64,000 nt of DNA, from contig CAQUWW010000001.1 in NCBI GenBank assembly GCA_948896875.1, positions 20,056-84,055 of the forward strand, read 5' to 3'. A program made the position numbers and the translations under genes. Shown piece by piece: positions 47,654-57,403 of the stretch. How positions within the stretch are numbered: position 1 is the first letter of the stretch; each line of letters starts with the position of its first letter. Under the pieces are notes generated by a model that saw only the letters and a list, made by a program, of their open reading frames with translations, did not search any database and was not told where the DNA came from. The DNA comes from an uncultured Acetatifactor sp. Its GTDB lineage: Bacteria > Bacillota > Clostridia > Lachnospirales > Lachnospiraceae.

Positions 47654-48862
47654 CTTTCCATATTTTTTCCGGTATTCGCTGGGGGAGATTCCCACCTGCT
47701 TTCGGAAGCAGGTATAGAAATAGCTCCGGTTGCCGAAAGCAAGAGCATCGCTGATAGACTGAATGCTGTCGGAGGTACCTTCCAGCATCAGCCGGGCCTG
47801 TTTGATTTTTTCCTTCAAGATGAAGTCGGTTACACTGTCTCCCGTCTCCTTTTTGAATTTGTGAGAGAAGTAATATTCCGTATATCCCGCGCGGTTTGCC
47901 AGCTCTGACAGGGGAAGCGGAGAATTCAGGTGGGCTTTGATGTATTTGCAGGAGTTCTCTATGGAAGCGGAGATGCCTGTCTGCCGGCCGGCTTCCTGAA
48001 CGCAAGTGATATATTCCTCCAGCATTTTGTCGCATACTCTGGCGGCAGCAGTCATGGAGGTACACCTTTCAATCAGCTGCGCATAGTGGTCAAAAAGCTC
48101 ATAGGCAATGGAGGGCTGCAGCCCTCCGAGAATACAGGACCTGGAGCAGAGCGTCAGCAGAATCAGAGAATTGCTCTTGTGAACCCGCAGGGCATCGCCG
48201 TATTCTGCCTTGATGCCAAAATTCAGAGAGGAAGAATGGGACAGGATATTTTTATAGTCGGGATTTCCATCTGCAAACAGTTTGCACAATTGTTGCTCTG
48301 CATACCACATTCCGGTGTAATTATGGGTGTCCTGGGAAGAGATATTCCGTCTGGTGATTTCTTCGGTGCACAGATAGGCAATATCGCTGCCGGACACTTT
48401 GTCACGGTTCAGACAATAATGGAGCATGACGGCATATTGAATGGCAATATTGGACGGGAGTGCGGGGATGCTTTCGAAATTCTTCATAATGGCAGCTCTG
48501 ACTTTAACAGAGAGATTGTGGGTATCCATACGCTTTTTGACAAGGGGCTGGGAATCCCGGCCGCTGAAAAAGGGGCCCAACAGGTGGATGCGACAGTCTG
48601 GGGGGGCTTCCCGTAATTCAAAGCCGCAGATCCACAGAAGGTTGCCGGGTACTTCCAGAAAGGCAGGCATGGTCTTACCGGCGGACAGGTAGTCGTCAAT
48701 CAGACGTGACAGGCCGGTGTAGATGAGAAAGCCGTCGGCGAAAAGGTTCTCCGTATAATTGGTATGAACCAGAGTGAAATTTCGGTCAAACTCCCAACAA
48801 TACAGCGTGTAATTACAGTTGATCAATTCATGAAAAAAAGAAAGTTTTTCCGAAGAATCCAT
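47648..48862 (-). CDS. AraC-family regulator with a large N-terminal sensor domain
   Basis: C-terminal GYTEYYFSHKFKKETG...ISDALAFGNRSYFYTCFRKQVGISPSEYR. Confidence 0.9.
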   Translation of the reverse strand: MDSSEKLSFFHELINCNYTLYCWEFDRNFTLVHTNYTENLFADGFLIYTGLSRLIDDYLSAGKTMPAFLEVPGNLLWICGFELREAPPDCRIHLLGPFFSGRDSQPLVKKRMDTHNLSVKVRAAIMKNFESIPALPSNIAIQYAVMLHYCLNRDKVSGSDIAYLCTEEITRRNISSQDTHNYTGMWYAEQQLCKLFADGNPDYKNILSHSSSLNFGIKAEYGDALRVHKSNSLILLTLCSRSCILGGLQPSIAYELFDHYAQLIERCTSMTAAARVCDKMLEEYITCVQEAGRQTGISASIENSCKYIKAHLNSPLPLSELANRAGYTEYYFSHKFKKETGDSVTDFILKEKIKQARLMLEGTSDSIQSISDALAFGNRSYFYTCFRKQVGISPSEYRKKYGKL

Positions 48863-49062
48863 ATAGAGTGTCCCTTTCTGCTTCCGGCGGCGCGAAAGCG
48901 GCGGTTCGGCAGTCGATCTGATTGAGATTAAAGTTCAGACAGGCAGCCGGGCTGTCACAATGGAGCTGATGGTCAGATGCAACGGCATAATGGATCATTA
49001 CGATTAGATTATACTGGAAAACAAAAGCAGAGACAAGGGGAAAAGAAAGGCAGGTTATAGGG

Positions 49063-49914
49063 ATGGCAGTGCGTGCGGTACAACAGATTATGCTGGGAAC
49101 GGTATGCAAAAATGAGAGGCAGACTCTGGAGACATTAAAGACAGTCAAAGCAGCCGGCTATGACGGCCTGGAGCTGAACGGGTTTATGATCCGGCCCACT
49201 TCTTTTCTGGTGCGGACCATGACAAAGGCGGCCGGGATGCCGGTGGGCCGGGGCGGGAATTTCGACTGGAAGGGAATGCTTCGGGAAGCGGAGCTCTCCG
49301 TGGTCGGTGTTCATGAGGACCTGGGAAGCGTCAGGAGAGACCCGGATGCCGTGATTCGGGAGGCCAGGGATCTGGGAACGGATAAAATAATTATCACAGG
49401 GATGTACCGGTTTGACTATTCCGACATAAGCGCGGTAAAGAATCTGGCGAAGGACCTGAATGCCTCAGGGGAAAGACTGGGAAAAGAGGGAATCCAGCTA
49501 TTGTATCATAATCATAACTGTGAATTCCGAAAAGTGGAGAAGAATCGGACGGCTTATGATTTACTGATAGAGGAGACGGACCCGGAATATGTGAATTTTG
49601 AGCTGGACTCCTACTGGCCCACAGAGGCAGGCGTTTCAGCCATTGCACTTATGAAGCAGCTGGGGGAGCGGATGAAGCTGTATCATATCAACGACAGGGG
49701 GAGCAGAGTGACAGGCCCGGCCATGACACCCATTTTAAAATCTGACAGCATGGAACTGGGATACGGGAATATGAACCTGGAGGAGCTGATCCGGCAGGCC
49801 CTTTCCGTCCAGGTGGATGCGGTGATTCTGGAAAGTCATAAAAACTGGGTGGAGAAGTTACCCATTAAGTCCATACAGGTAAGCGCGGCTTTTTTGAAGA
49901 AATATGTGGTGTAA
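49063..49914 (+). CDS. Sugar phosphate isomerase/epimerase (TIM barrel)
   Basis: GYDGLEL, LYHNHNCEF, FELDSYW, YHIND and ILES. Confidence 0.82.
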   Translation: MAVRAVQQIMLGTVCKNERQTLETLKTVKAAGYDGLELNGFMIRPTSFLVRTMTKAAGMPVGRGGNFDWKGMLREAELSVVGVHEDLGSVRRDPDAVIREARDLGTDKIIITGMYRFDYSDISAVKNLAKDLNASGERLGKEGIQLLYHNHNCEFRKVEKNRTAYDLLIEETDPEYVNFELDSYWPTEAGVSAIALMKQLGERMKLYHINDRGSRVTGPAMTPILKSDSMELGYGNMNLEELIRQALSVQVDAVILESHKNWVEKLPIKSIQVSAAFLKKYVV

Positions 49915-49943
49915 TGAGAGACAAGACGAAAGGAAGAAAGCAG

Positions 49944-52517
49944 ATGAAAGCCATTCGTTTAAAAACGGAACATTTGACGAATCCACTGGGAATCGATATC
50001 GTCCGTCCATACCTGACATGGAACTGTCAGGACGGGATCCGGCAGACAGCCTATGAGATTCAGGCTTCGGACGGAGAGCGCGTCCTGTGGAACAGCGGCA
50101 GGGTGATGACGGATCAAATGAACGCGGTGCTGGGAGTCGACGCGGTCAGTAGACAGCGTATCTTCTGGAAGGTCCGCCTGTGGGACGAGGAGGAGAGACC
50201 GGGGGAATGGAGTCAGGAAGCCTGGTTCGAGATGGGACTTCTGGAAAGAGAGCAGTTTGTGGCCCGGTGGATAAATCCCGAGCTCATCTGTGATCCTGCG
50301 GTACATAAGCCGGCCAGCTATCTGCGCACTTCTTTTCATGCGCCGAAGGGCAAGCGGGCCAGACTGTATATCACCTGCCATGGCTTATATGAGGCATACA
50401 TCAACAGTCACAGAGCCGGAGAGTTCGTGCTGGCTCCGGGCGCCGGCGATTATGCTAAAAAGTTGGCCTATCAGACTTATGATGTGACTGATTTTATAAA
50501 AGAGGGAAGCAATGAGGTACAGGTCATTCTGGGGGACGGATGGTACCGCAGCGTGTCGGGAGTAGACGGGGACAGGAATCTGTACGGCGAGGATGTGGCG
50601 CTGTATTTTCAGCTGGAGGTAGACGGAAAGGCAGTGTGCATCTCGGACGAAAGCTGGGAAGCCTCCCAGTCCGGCCCCATACGGGAGAACGATATGCAGC
50701 AGGGGGAAGTGATCGATGCCCGCATGGAAGAGATCACAGATTATCATGGCGTAAAGGTGGAAAACTTCGGGGTGGACAATCTTGCCTGTTCTAACTGTAT
50801 GCCGGTGAGGGAGATGGAGCGTTTCAGGGGAAGCGTTCTGAGGACACCCAACGGGGAGACTGTCATTGATTACGGGCAGAATCTGGCGGGCTATATCGAA
50901 TTTACCCTCCGGGCCCACGGGGGACAGCGGATTGTTTTGACCCATGGCGAGACATTGGATGAAAACGGGAATTTCACCCAGGAGAATTTCCAGGACCGGA
51001 AGCGGCATAAAGAGGGCGGCACCAGGCAGCAGGTCATCTACACCTGCAGGGAAGGGGACAATCATTATAAATCCAGATTTACCATCTGGGGGTTCCGCTA
51101 TGCAAAAGTGGAGACAGAGATTGACCTGGAAGCTGCGGACGCGGTCTTTACTTCCGTCGCCGTGTATTCTGAGATGGAAGAGACAAGCTTTTTCGACTGT
51201 TCCCGGAAAGAAGTGAACCGGCTGGTCAAAAACAGTCTGTGGAGTCAGAAATCCAATTTCTGCGATGTCCCGACGGATTGTCCCACCAGAGAAAGAGCGG
51301 CATGGACAGGGGACATGGGCGTGTTTGTCGAGACCGGTCTGTACCTGATGGACTGCTATCCGGTGATCCGCAAATGGCTGGCAGAGTGCAGGATGGCCCA
51401 GTATCCCGACGGCCGGATTGCCAATATTGCCCCCAGGAATAATAATCCCAGCTTTTTCTCGGGATTGCTGGCCGGCTCCGTGGGCTGGGGAGACGCCTGT
51501 ATTCTTGTGCCATATACGCTTTACAAGCGGTATGGGGACAGGCGGATTCTGGAAGAAAATTATGAGATGATGGTGAAGTGGCATGGCTTTCTGGAGAAAA
51601 GGGCGGGAAAGCGGCCGGTAAATCCCATCAAACGTCTGAAAAGAAACCCTTATAGAAGATTTACCATAGAGACGGGTATTGACTATGGAGAGTGGTGTGA
51701 GCCCGATGTGGAAAGCACCTCGGCCATGCGGACTCCTCAGGGGAAGGTGGCCACGGCCTGGTTTGCCAGGTCCGGGAAAATGCTGGCGGAAATTGCAGAG
51801 ATTCTGGGCAGGACGGAAGATGCCGCACGCTATGAAAAGCTGGCAGAGAATGCGGGGAAGGCATTCCGCTATATAGCAACGGAGGATGGGAAAATCCTTT
51901 CCCACAGGCAGGCCGAATATGTCCGTGCCATATCCTTCGATCTGCTTGACGGGCCGGGAAAAGCGCAGGCTGCCGCCGATCTGGACCGACTGGTGGCGGA
52001 CAACGGGTATCATCTGAACACCGGATTTCTGTCAACCCCTTCCCTGTGTGGAGTACTTGCAGACAATGGATACCGGGAGACAGCTTATAAGTTGCTGCTC
52101 CAGGATACTATGCCCGGCTGGCTTTACGAGGTAAAAAAGGGAGCTACCACCATCTGGGAAAACTGGGACGGCATTAACGAGAAAGGGGAAGTGAAAGCTT
52201 CTTTAAATCATTATTCCTATGGGGCTGTCAGTGGATGGCTGTTCTCCGGCGTCTGCGGAATTCACGTGGAGAACGCCAGAATCACTATAAAACCTCAGCC
52301 TGACAGGGCTCTGGAGTATGCCAGGGCAGTATACAGGTCCCCGGTGGGAGAGATTGTCAGCGGGTGGAAATATGAGGGTGACAGGTTGATTCTGGAAGCG
52401 GAAATTCCGGCCAATACCCGGGCGGAGGTCATTTTGCCGGACGGCCACAGGGAGAATGTGACAGCAGGAAAATATGTGTGGAGTATGGAAAGTGGAATGA
52501 TACAGAAAAAACGGTGA
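49944..52517 (+). CDS. Alpha-L-rhamnosidase, GH78
   Basis: NPLGID, DYGQNLAG, PTDCPTRERAAWTGD, TGFLST, GATTIWENW and SLNHYSYG. Confidence 0.93.
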   Translation: MKAIRLKTEHLTNPLGIDIVRPYLTWNCQDGIRQTAYEIQASDGERVLWNSGRVMTDQMNAVLGVDAVSRQRIFWKVRLWDEEERPGEWSQEAWFEMGLLEREQFVARWINPELICDPAVHKPASYLRTSFHAPKGKRARLYITCHGLYEAYINSHRAGEFVLAPGAGDYAKKLAYQTYDVTDFIKEGSNEVQVILGDGWYRSVSGVDGDRNLYGEDVALYFQLEVDGKAVCISDESWEASQSGPIRENDMQQGEVIDARMEEITDYHGVKVENFGVDNLACSNCMPVREMERFRGSVLRTPNGETVIDYGQNLAGYIEFTLRAHGGQRIVLTHGETLDENGNFTQENFQDRKRHKEGGTRQQVIYTCREGDNHYKSRFTIWGFRYAKVETEIDLEAADAVFTSVAVYSEMEETSFFDCSRKEVNRLVKNSLWSQKSNFCDVPTDCPTRERAAWTGDMGVFVETGLYLMDCYPVIRKWLAECRMAQYPDGRIANIAPRNNNPSFFSGLLAGSVGWGDACILVPYTLYKRYGDRRILEENYEMMVKWHGFLEKRAGKRPVNPIKRLKRNPYRRFTIETGIDYGEWCEPDVESTSAMRTPQGKVATAWFARSGKMLAEIAEILGRTEDAARYEKLAENAGKAFRYIATEDGKILSHRQAEYVRAISFDLLDGPGKAQAAADLDRLVADNGYHLNTGFLSTPSLCGVLADNGYRETAYKLLLQDTMPGWLYEVKKGATTIWENWDGINEKGEVKASLNHYSYGAVSGWLFSGVCGIHVENARITIKPQPDRALEYARAVYRSPVGEIVSGWKYEGDRLILEAEIPANTRAEVILPDGHRENVTAGKYVWSMESGMIQKKR

Positions 52518-52792
52518 ATAGGAAGGCATTGACTGGAAGGCGCGGGACAGGTGGGAGAGTATCGGCTGAAAGGGACGTACCTGGAAGAAACGTAGTGAAT
52601 GTGGCGAACAGACAAATGGCAGTAGTATGGTATGACGGTAAATCTGCATGTGGCCGGTTATTTCACTGCGCATGAAAAGTAAGGCAACAGGGGAAATCCT
52701 GCGGATGAAGATGCAATCAGACTGTGCAGTAATTAGAGCAAGAATAAATGTAGTAGCAGTAGTAAAACAACAACGAGAAAGGAGAGCATATT

Positions 52793-54370
52793 ATGATCAT
52801 TGAAAATACGGAATTTGGGCGTGTTGAGGTAACGGATATTCCACTGCCGGAAGGAATAGATTCCAATATCAACGGAACCTATACTTTCTCCGGAAGAGTG
52901 CTTGTGGCGGTCAGGGAACAGGAGAAAGACAAGGACTGGTACCATGTCTTCACCATGGAGGAGGACGGAACGGGAATCTGCCAGTTATATGACGGCGTAA
53001 TTCCGCAGAAAAAAGGGGCAAACGGCATTCGCTGGATGTGTTATGCAGACAACAGGAGAATTCTGCTGGGGGATTATGTGCTGGAATGTACGCCGGATCT
53101 GGACCATTGCACCTCCGCGGAGCTGGTGGAGGTGGTACTGCCGGAGGAGGTGGAGAAGATTCCCGGTGTGTTCATGCGGTGGTCAGAGCCCATAATTGCT
53201 CCGGATAATGAGCACATCTGCTTTTCCACATTGACGGGAACAGGGGCCTATAATTTCCTGGGAAGGCTTGTGCGGAAGGAAAAGGTCTATGTTGTGGAGG
53301 ATGCCTGTATTATAAGCTCGGTGAATGACATAGAGCCCGACCCGGATGCGGAAGGCTTCTGCCGCAGAAAAGTTCAGCGGGGCGGAGAGGTCAAACAGTT
53401 CATAAGAGGCGGCAGGGGAATTACCCTTGCAGGCGGCGGGAAATGCATCAGTGAGAGTACGCTGCAGATGTTGGACAGCGAAGAATTTGTGCAGATCACG
53501 GACACGCTGGGATACGAAGAGACGGCAATTTTCTCCCCCGATGAGAAATATGCCATCTGTATGTCGCCCAGATTTTCTCCCGGAACGGATTGCGGGGTAC
53601 TGGGAGTGGTCCCTCTGTACAACGACATTATGACAAGAAGCAAGTATCTGAACGTATTGTATCAATATGCCATTGCCGGAGTTCGTTTCGGCAGGCCGGG
53701 AAATATCGGTCCGGCTTTGATTGATGTGGAGCGCTCCATGAAGGAAGGACGGGGATACGAGGGTGTAAATCTGAGCGACCCAGAAGGAAAATGGGTATAT
53801 TATTCTCCTATGAGCTGGCACCCGGACAGTACCAGAGCAATGTGGAACGAGAGTACCAGAAGGGCTCAGGGGAATGTGAAAAGCAGACTGCGCAGATGCA
53901 GGCTGTTGGATGTACATCCCTCGGTGCCGGTTCCGGCCGTGCGGACGCCGGACAGGGAGGAGATTCCTTATGCGCTGCCAGTTGAATCCGCCGGGAAACA
54001 GCAGATGCCACAGCTTCCGCTGAAAATAAAAGGAGCGGGTGGTGGGATGGTGACCAATGCCAGCCTGGCGGCCGACACCTTTGAAACATTGTATGAGAAT
54101 TACAGCGAAGACGGCAGAACCTTCTACAATGGCTGGATTCGGGTGAAATCTCCGGCCAACATGTTCATGCCGGGGGAGACGGTGATACATAGCGACATCA
54201 ACGTAACCGGCGAGCATAAGGGCCAGATGAAGCTGCGCATCGTACTGCAGGCAGACGCACAGTTTCAGATTCATCCGGACAGGAGCCTCGGCGAAGACGG
54301 ACAGCCGAAATGTACGGGCTTTGCAGAGTATGACGGTCTGAGAAGAAATGTGGAGGATATGTGGGATTAA
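52793..54370 (+). CDS. Hypothetical beta-propeller-like protein, possibly related to fungal saponin hydrolases
   Basis: Propeller-like motifs (IAPDNEHI, FSPDEKY, WHPDSTR); RBS GAAAGGAG; motif order recalls fungal saponin hydrolase (from memory, unverified). Confidence 0.55.
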   Translation: MIIENTEFGRVEVTDIPLPEGIDSNINGTYTFSGRVLVAVREQEKDKDWYHVFTMEEDGTGICQLYDGVIPQKKGANGIRWMCYADNRRILLGDYVLECTPDLDHCTSAELVEVVLPEEVEKIPGVFMRWSEPIIAPDNEHICFSTLTGTGAYNFLGRLVRKEKVYVVEDACIISSVNDIEPDPDAEGFCRRKVQRGGEVKQFIRGGRGITLAGGGKCISESTLQMLDSEEFVQITDTLGYEETAIFSPDEKYAICMSPRFSPGTDCGVLGVVPLYNDIMTRSKYLNVLYQYAIAGVRFGRPGNIGPALIDVERSMKEGRGYEGVNLSDPEGKWVYYSPMSWHPDSTRAMWNESTRRAQGNVKSRLRRCRLLDVHPSVPVPAVRTPDREEIPYALPVESAGKQQMPQLPLKIKGAGGGMVTNASLAADTFETLYENYSEDGRTFYNGWIRVKSPANMFMPGETVIHSDINVTGEHKGQMKLRIVLQADAQFQIHPDRSLGEDGQPKCTGFAEYDGLRRNVEDMWD

Positions 54371-54444
54371 TCAGGCCATATGCAGGGATTCTGATTCCAT
54401 AAGAGACTGTGAAAGAGAACAGGAGAATTTTTCCGTATTTGCAC

Positions 54445-54497
54445 TTGACACACATACCAACGGTATGATAATATTCATACATACCGATAGTATGTAT
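54445..54497 (+). promoter_or_regulatory. Promoter with two TetR-type palindromic operators
   Basis: TTGACA at 54445; CATACC-aac-GGTATG at 54453-54467; ATACATAC-cgata-GTATGTAT at 54477-54497. Confidence 0.7.
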
Positions 54498-54510
54498 GAG
54501 GGAGAAAGCA

Positions 54511-55164
54511 GTGTCCAGGAATAAGCATCCGGAAGAAACAGTCAATTTAATATTGGATGTAGCGTTTCGACTGTTCATGGAGAAGGGGTACGAACATACC
54601 TCTATTCAAGATATCATCGACCGTCTGGGCGGGCTCAGCAAGGGCGCGATTTATCATCATTTTAAATCCAAAGAGGATATTCTGGAGGCTGTTATCGAGA
54701 GAATGACCGCGGAATCCAATCGGCTGCTTGCGGCTGTCCGGGATCGGAGTGATCTCAGCGGCAGGGAGAAAATGAAGGCCATTTTTAGAGAATCTGTGAA
54801 TCGGCCTGTACAAAATGATATCTTTACAGTTGCACCGGATTTTCACAATAATCCGAAGCTTCTATTCAGTTTGTTGCATGATACCATTGAAAACGCTGTG
54901 CCCAATTATATCTTGCCCATTATAGAGCAGGGGATTGCGGACGGTTCTATTGAGACGGAGTATCCGCAACAGCTGGCGGAGCTGGTTTTGTTTGTGGCAA
55001 ATATCTGGATGAATCCCATGGTATTCGATGACTCTGTGGAAAAATCTTACGGTAAATTTATGGTATTTGCCCAAATGCTGGGGGGGCTCGGACTGGATAT
55101 CGTGGATGATGAAATGCTGGGAAGGCTGCAGGAGCTGGCGGCTATTTATCAGAAGAATAAGTAA
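54511..55164 (+). CDS. TetR/AcrR-family regulator
   Basis: ILDVAFRLFMEKGYEHTSIQDII..LSKGAIYHHFKSKEDIL; GTG start after GGGAG. Confidence 0.92.
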   Translation: MSRNKHPEETVNLILDVAFRLFMEKGYEHTSIQDIIDRLGGLSKGAIYHHFKSKEDILEAVIERMTAESNRLLAAVRDRSDLSGREKMKAIFRESVNRPVQNDIFTVAPDFHNNPKLLFSLLHDTIENAVPNYILPIIEQGIADGSIETEYPQQLAELVLFVANIWMNPMVFDDSVEKSYGKFMVFAQMLGGLGLDIVDDEMLGRLQELAAIYQKNK

Positions 55165-55199
55165 ATGAGATTCGGACACCGGAAGAGACGGGGCAGGGA

Positions 55200-55267
55200 A
55201 ATACAAAGGACTGTCATATGACAGTCCTGTATTTTGATTTTATACATACCGTCGGAAGGTATGTATA
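55200..55267. promoter_or_regulatory. Perfect palindrome plus a third TetR-type operator upstream of the MFS gene
   Basis: AGGACTGTCATATGACAGTCCT at 55207-55228; TATACATACC-gtcggaa-GGTATGTATA at 55241-55267. Confidence 0.65.
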
Positions 55268-55299
55268 AGAAGAAAAACAAAACATAGGAGGCTTCACAA

Positions 55300-56580
55300 A
55301 TGCGTTCCAGATTATTTTCGAAAGATTTCACATTAGTTGTCATTGGGCAGATTATCTCCCTGTTCGGCAATGCCGCACTGAGATTTGCATTGCCGTTGTA
55401 TCTGCTGAATCTGACAGGGTCCTCGGCCCTCTATGGGACCGTTACGGCCTGTGCCTTTATTCCGTCCATTCTGTTGTCGCCTGTGGGAGGCATTGTGGCG
55501 GACCGGGTAAATAAGAGAAATATCATGGTGATACTGGATTTTTTTACAGCGGCGGTGATATTGGTATTTTCTCTGCTGATGGATACGGGAAATCTTATTG
55601 TTCTGCTGACAGTTACAATGATGATTCTGTATGGGATTGCCGGTGCATATCAGCCCTCTGTACAGGCAAGCATCCCGGCACTGGTAAGGCCGGAACACGT
55701 TATGGCAGCGAATTCTGTCATCAATACCATCAGCTCCTTTTCGTCCCTGACAGGGCCTGTACTTGGCGGGATCCTGTATAGTACATATGGACTCAGGCCC
55801 GTATTATGGGTTTGCATGATTTGCTTTGTGTTGTCGGCAGTTATGGAGATTTTTATCAGAATCCCGTTTCAGAGGCAGGCTTCCGGCGACAGCATTTGGA
55901 AAACAGCGTGGGTTGATTTTGCAGAAAGTCTTACGTTTATTCGGAAGAAAGAACCTATTATCGGAAAAGTACTTCTGGTTATCTGCGGAATGAATCTGTT
56001 CCTGTCCGCAATGCTTATGGTGGCGGTGCCATATCTGATTACAGAGATATTGGGATTTGAAGCAGAACAGGCAAACAGGCTGTGTGGCTATGCGGAAGGC
56101 GCATTGGCGGCGGGAGGACTGACCGGAGGAATCTGTGCGGGTATTTTCGCGGATAGATTGTCCATTCGAAAATCGGGGAATCTGGTAATTGCCTGTGCCG
56201 CAGGCGTATTTCCTGTGGGCGCCGCCCTGCTCCTTTTTTCATCTGGAATGATAAACTATATTGTCATTACGGTATGCTGTTTCTGGATTATGGTGTCTTC
56301 GACCATATTCAGCGTACAGATGATGTCTTTTGTTCAAAGGGAGACGCCACAGAATCTCATCGGGAAGGTAATTGCAGTCATTTTTACCGTTTCCATGTGT
56401 GTACAGCCGCTGGGCAACGCATTATATGGTATCCTGTTTGAAATCTGTGAGGGAGTTGAAGCGGCGGTTGTTCTGTTTTCCGGTGTCATGTCACTTGTGA
56501 TTGCTGTCAGTACCAGGAAAATTTTTAGTAGTCATACCTTCCGCAATGGCAATTCCGTCCAGAGCCCAGGTGCTTTTTAA
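55300..56580 (+). CDS. MFS efflux transporter (DHA3/MefA-like)
   Basis: GQIISLFGN, GGIVADRVNKRNIMV and QNLIGKV; about 12 TM segments. Confidence 0.9.
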   Translation: MRSRLFSKDFTLVVIGQIISLFGNAALRFALPLYLLNLTGSSALYGTVTACAFIPSILLSPVGGIVADRVNKRNIMVILDFFTAAVILVFSLLMDTGNLIVLLTVTMMILYGIAGAYQPSVQASIPALVRPEHVMAANSVINTISSFSSLTGPVLGGILYSTYGLRPVLWVCMICFVLSAVMEIFIRIPFQRQASGDSIWKTAWVDFAESLTFIRKKEPIIGKVLLVICGMNLFLSAMLMVAVPYLITEILGFEAEQANRLCGYAEGALAAGGLTGGICAGIFADRLSIRKSGNLVIACAAGVFPVGAALLLFSSGMINYIVITVCCFWIMVSSTIFSVQMMSFVQRETPQNLIGKVIAVIFTVSMCVQPLGNALYGILFEICEGVEAAVVLFSGVMSLVIAVSTRKIFSSHTFRNGNSVQSPGAF

Positions 56581-56632
56581 CAATGCATCGGACTGCGACA
56601 ATGCTCAGCATATTGATTTTTTGATGAACTTT

Positions 56633-57157
56633 CTATTGTGGAAGATAGGCTATCAATTCCTCCGCTGTGTCCTTCATGCCCCGCCGAAACCAAACCTCAA
56701 TCCATCCATACAAAAAGAACGCAACATAGGCGGAGGAATAAGCGGCGGGCATTTCCTGTTCTGGATTAAAACCGCACAAATCCAAAATGATGTCTTTGAG
56801 AAGATAAACCAATCCTCTCTCGTTTAACAGGGTGTAAAACTCCCGGTTTGCTTCAAAATGGGAAAACACAATCCGCACCACTTCTTTTACCGGGAGGTCA
56901 GGGGTTCCTTTCCATCTGTCCACCCAATCTTGAAATAAATGCTCAACGTATGCTTTGATAATATCTTCCTTTTCTTCGTAATTGCGGTAAAAGGATGTCC
57001 GCCCCACCCCGGCCATGCCGCACAATTCGCTGACAGAAATTTCACTGATTGGCTTTTCTTTCAGCAGCTCCAGCATAGAGCTGGTAAGATGCTCCACCAC
57101 ATAGGCGTTGCGGCTCTCGTTGCTGAATGGTGAGACATTTTTCTGCTTTTGTTCCAT
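56633..57157 (-). CDS. TetR/AcrR-family regulator
   Basis: LLKEKPISEISVSELCGMAGVGRTSFYRNYEEKEDI. Confidence 0.88.
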   Translation of the reverse strand: MEQKQKNVSPFSNESRNAYVVEHLTSSMLELLKEKPISEISVSELCGMAGVGRTSFYRNYEEKEDIIKAYVEHLFQDWVDRWKGTPDLPVKEVVRIVFSHFEANREFYTLLNERGLVYLLKDIILDLCGFNPEQEMPAAYSSAYVAFFLYGWIEVWFRRGMKDTAEELIAYLPQ

Positions 57158-57268
57158 TTTTACTGCCCCCATTGACAAAGTTATTTCATGCTGTTACACT
57201 TGCGTTGCTGTTACGATTGTTACAAATCATAGCATACAACAAAAAGTCTGTCAAGGAGGGAGTTTCAT

Positions 57269-57403
57269 ATGACATTGACGCAGAAACGGCTGTTGATATT
57301 GCTTATCATCGCTGTAGTGGCCTTTGTTCTGGGGCGTCTGGCGGTGCGGGCCGCTATAAACCTGCTGATCGGCGGAACACTGTTTGGAGGGAATTTCTTA
57401 TGA
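57269..57403 (+). CDS. Small membrane protein (44 aa), below the ORF-track cutoff
   Basis: RBS AAGGAGGG; MTLTQKRLLILLIIAVVAFVLGRLAVRAAINLLIGGTLFGGNFL*; ATGA overlap with the next gene. Confidence 0.7.
   Translation: MTLTQKRLLILLIIAVVAFVLGRLAVRAAINLLIGGTLFGGNFL

Noticed and set aside
50385..52013. Long antisense ORFs (also 26105-27616, 34383-35792, 53183-54274, 515-1489)
   Set aside because: Shadow frames opposite well-supported genes, with no recognisable motifs.
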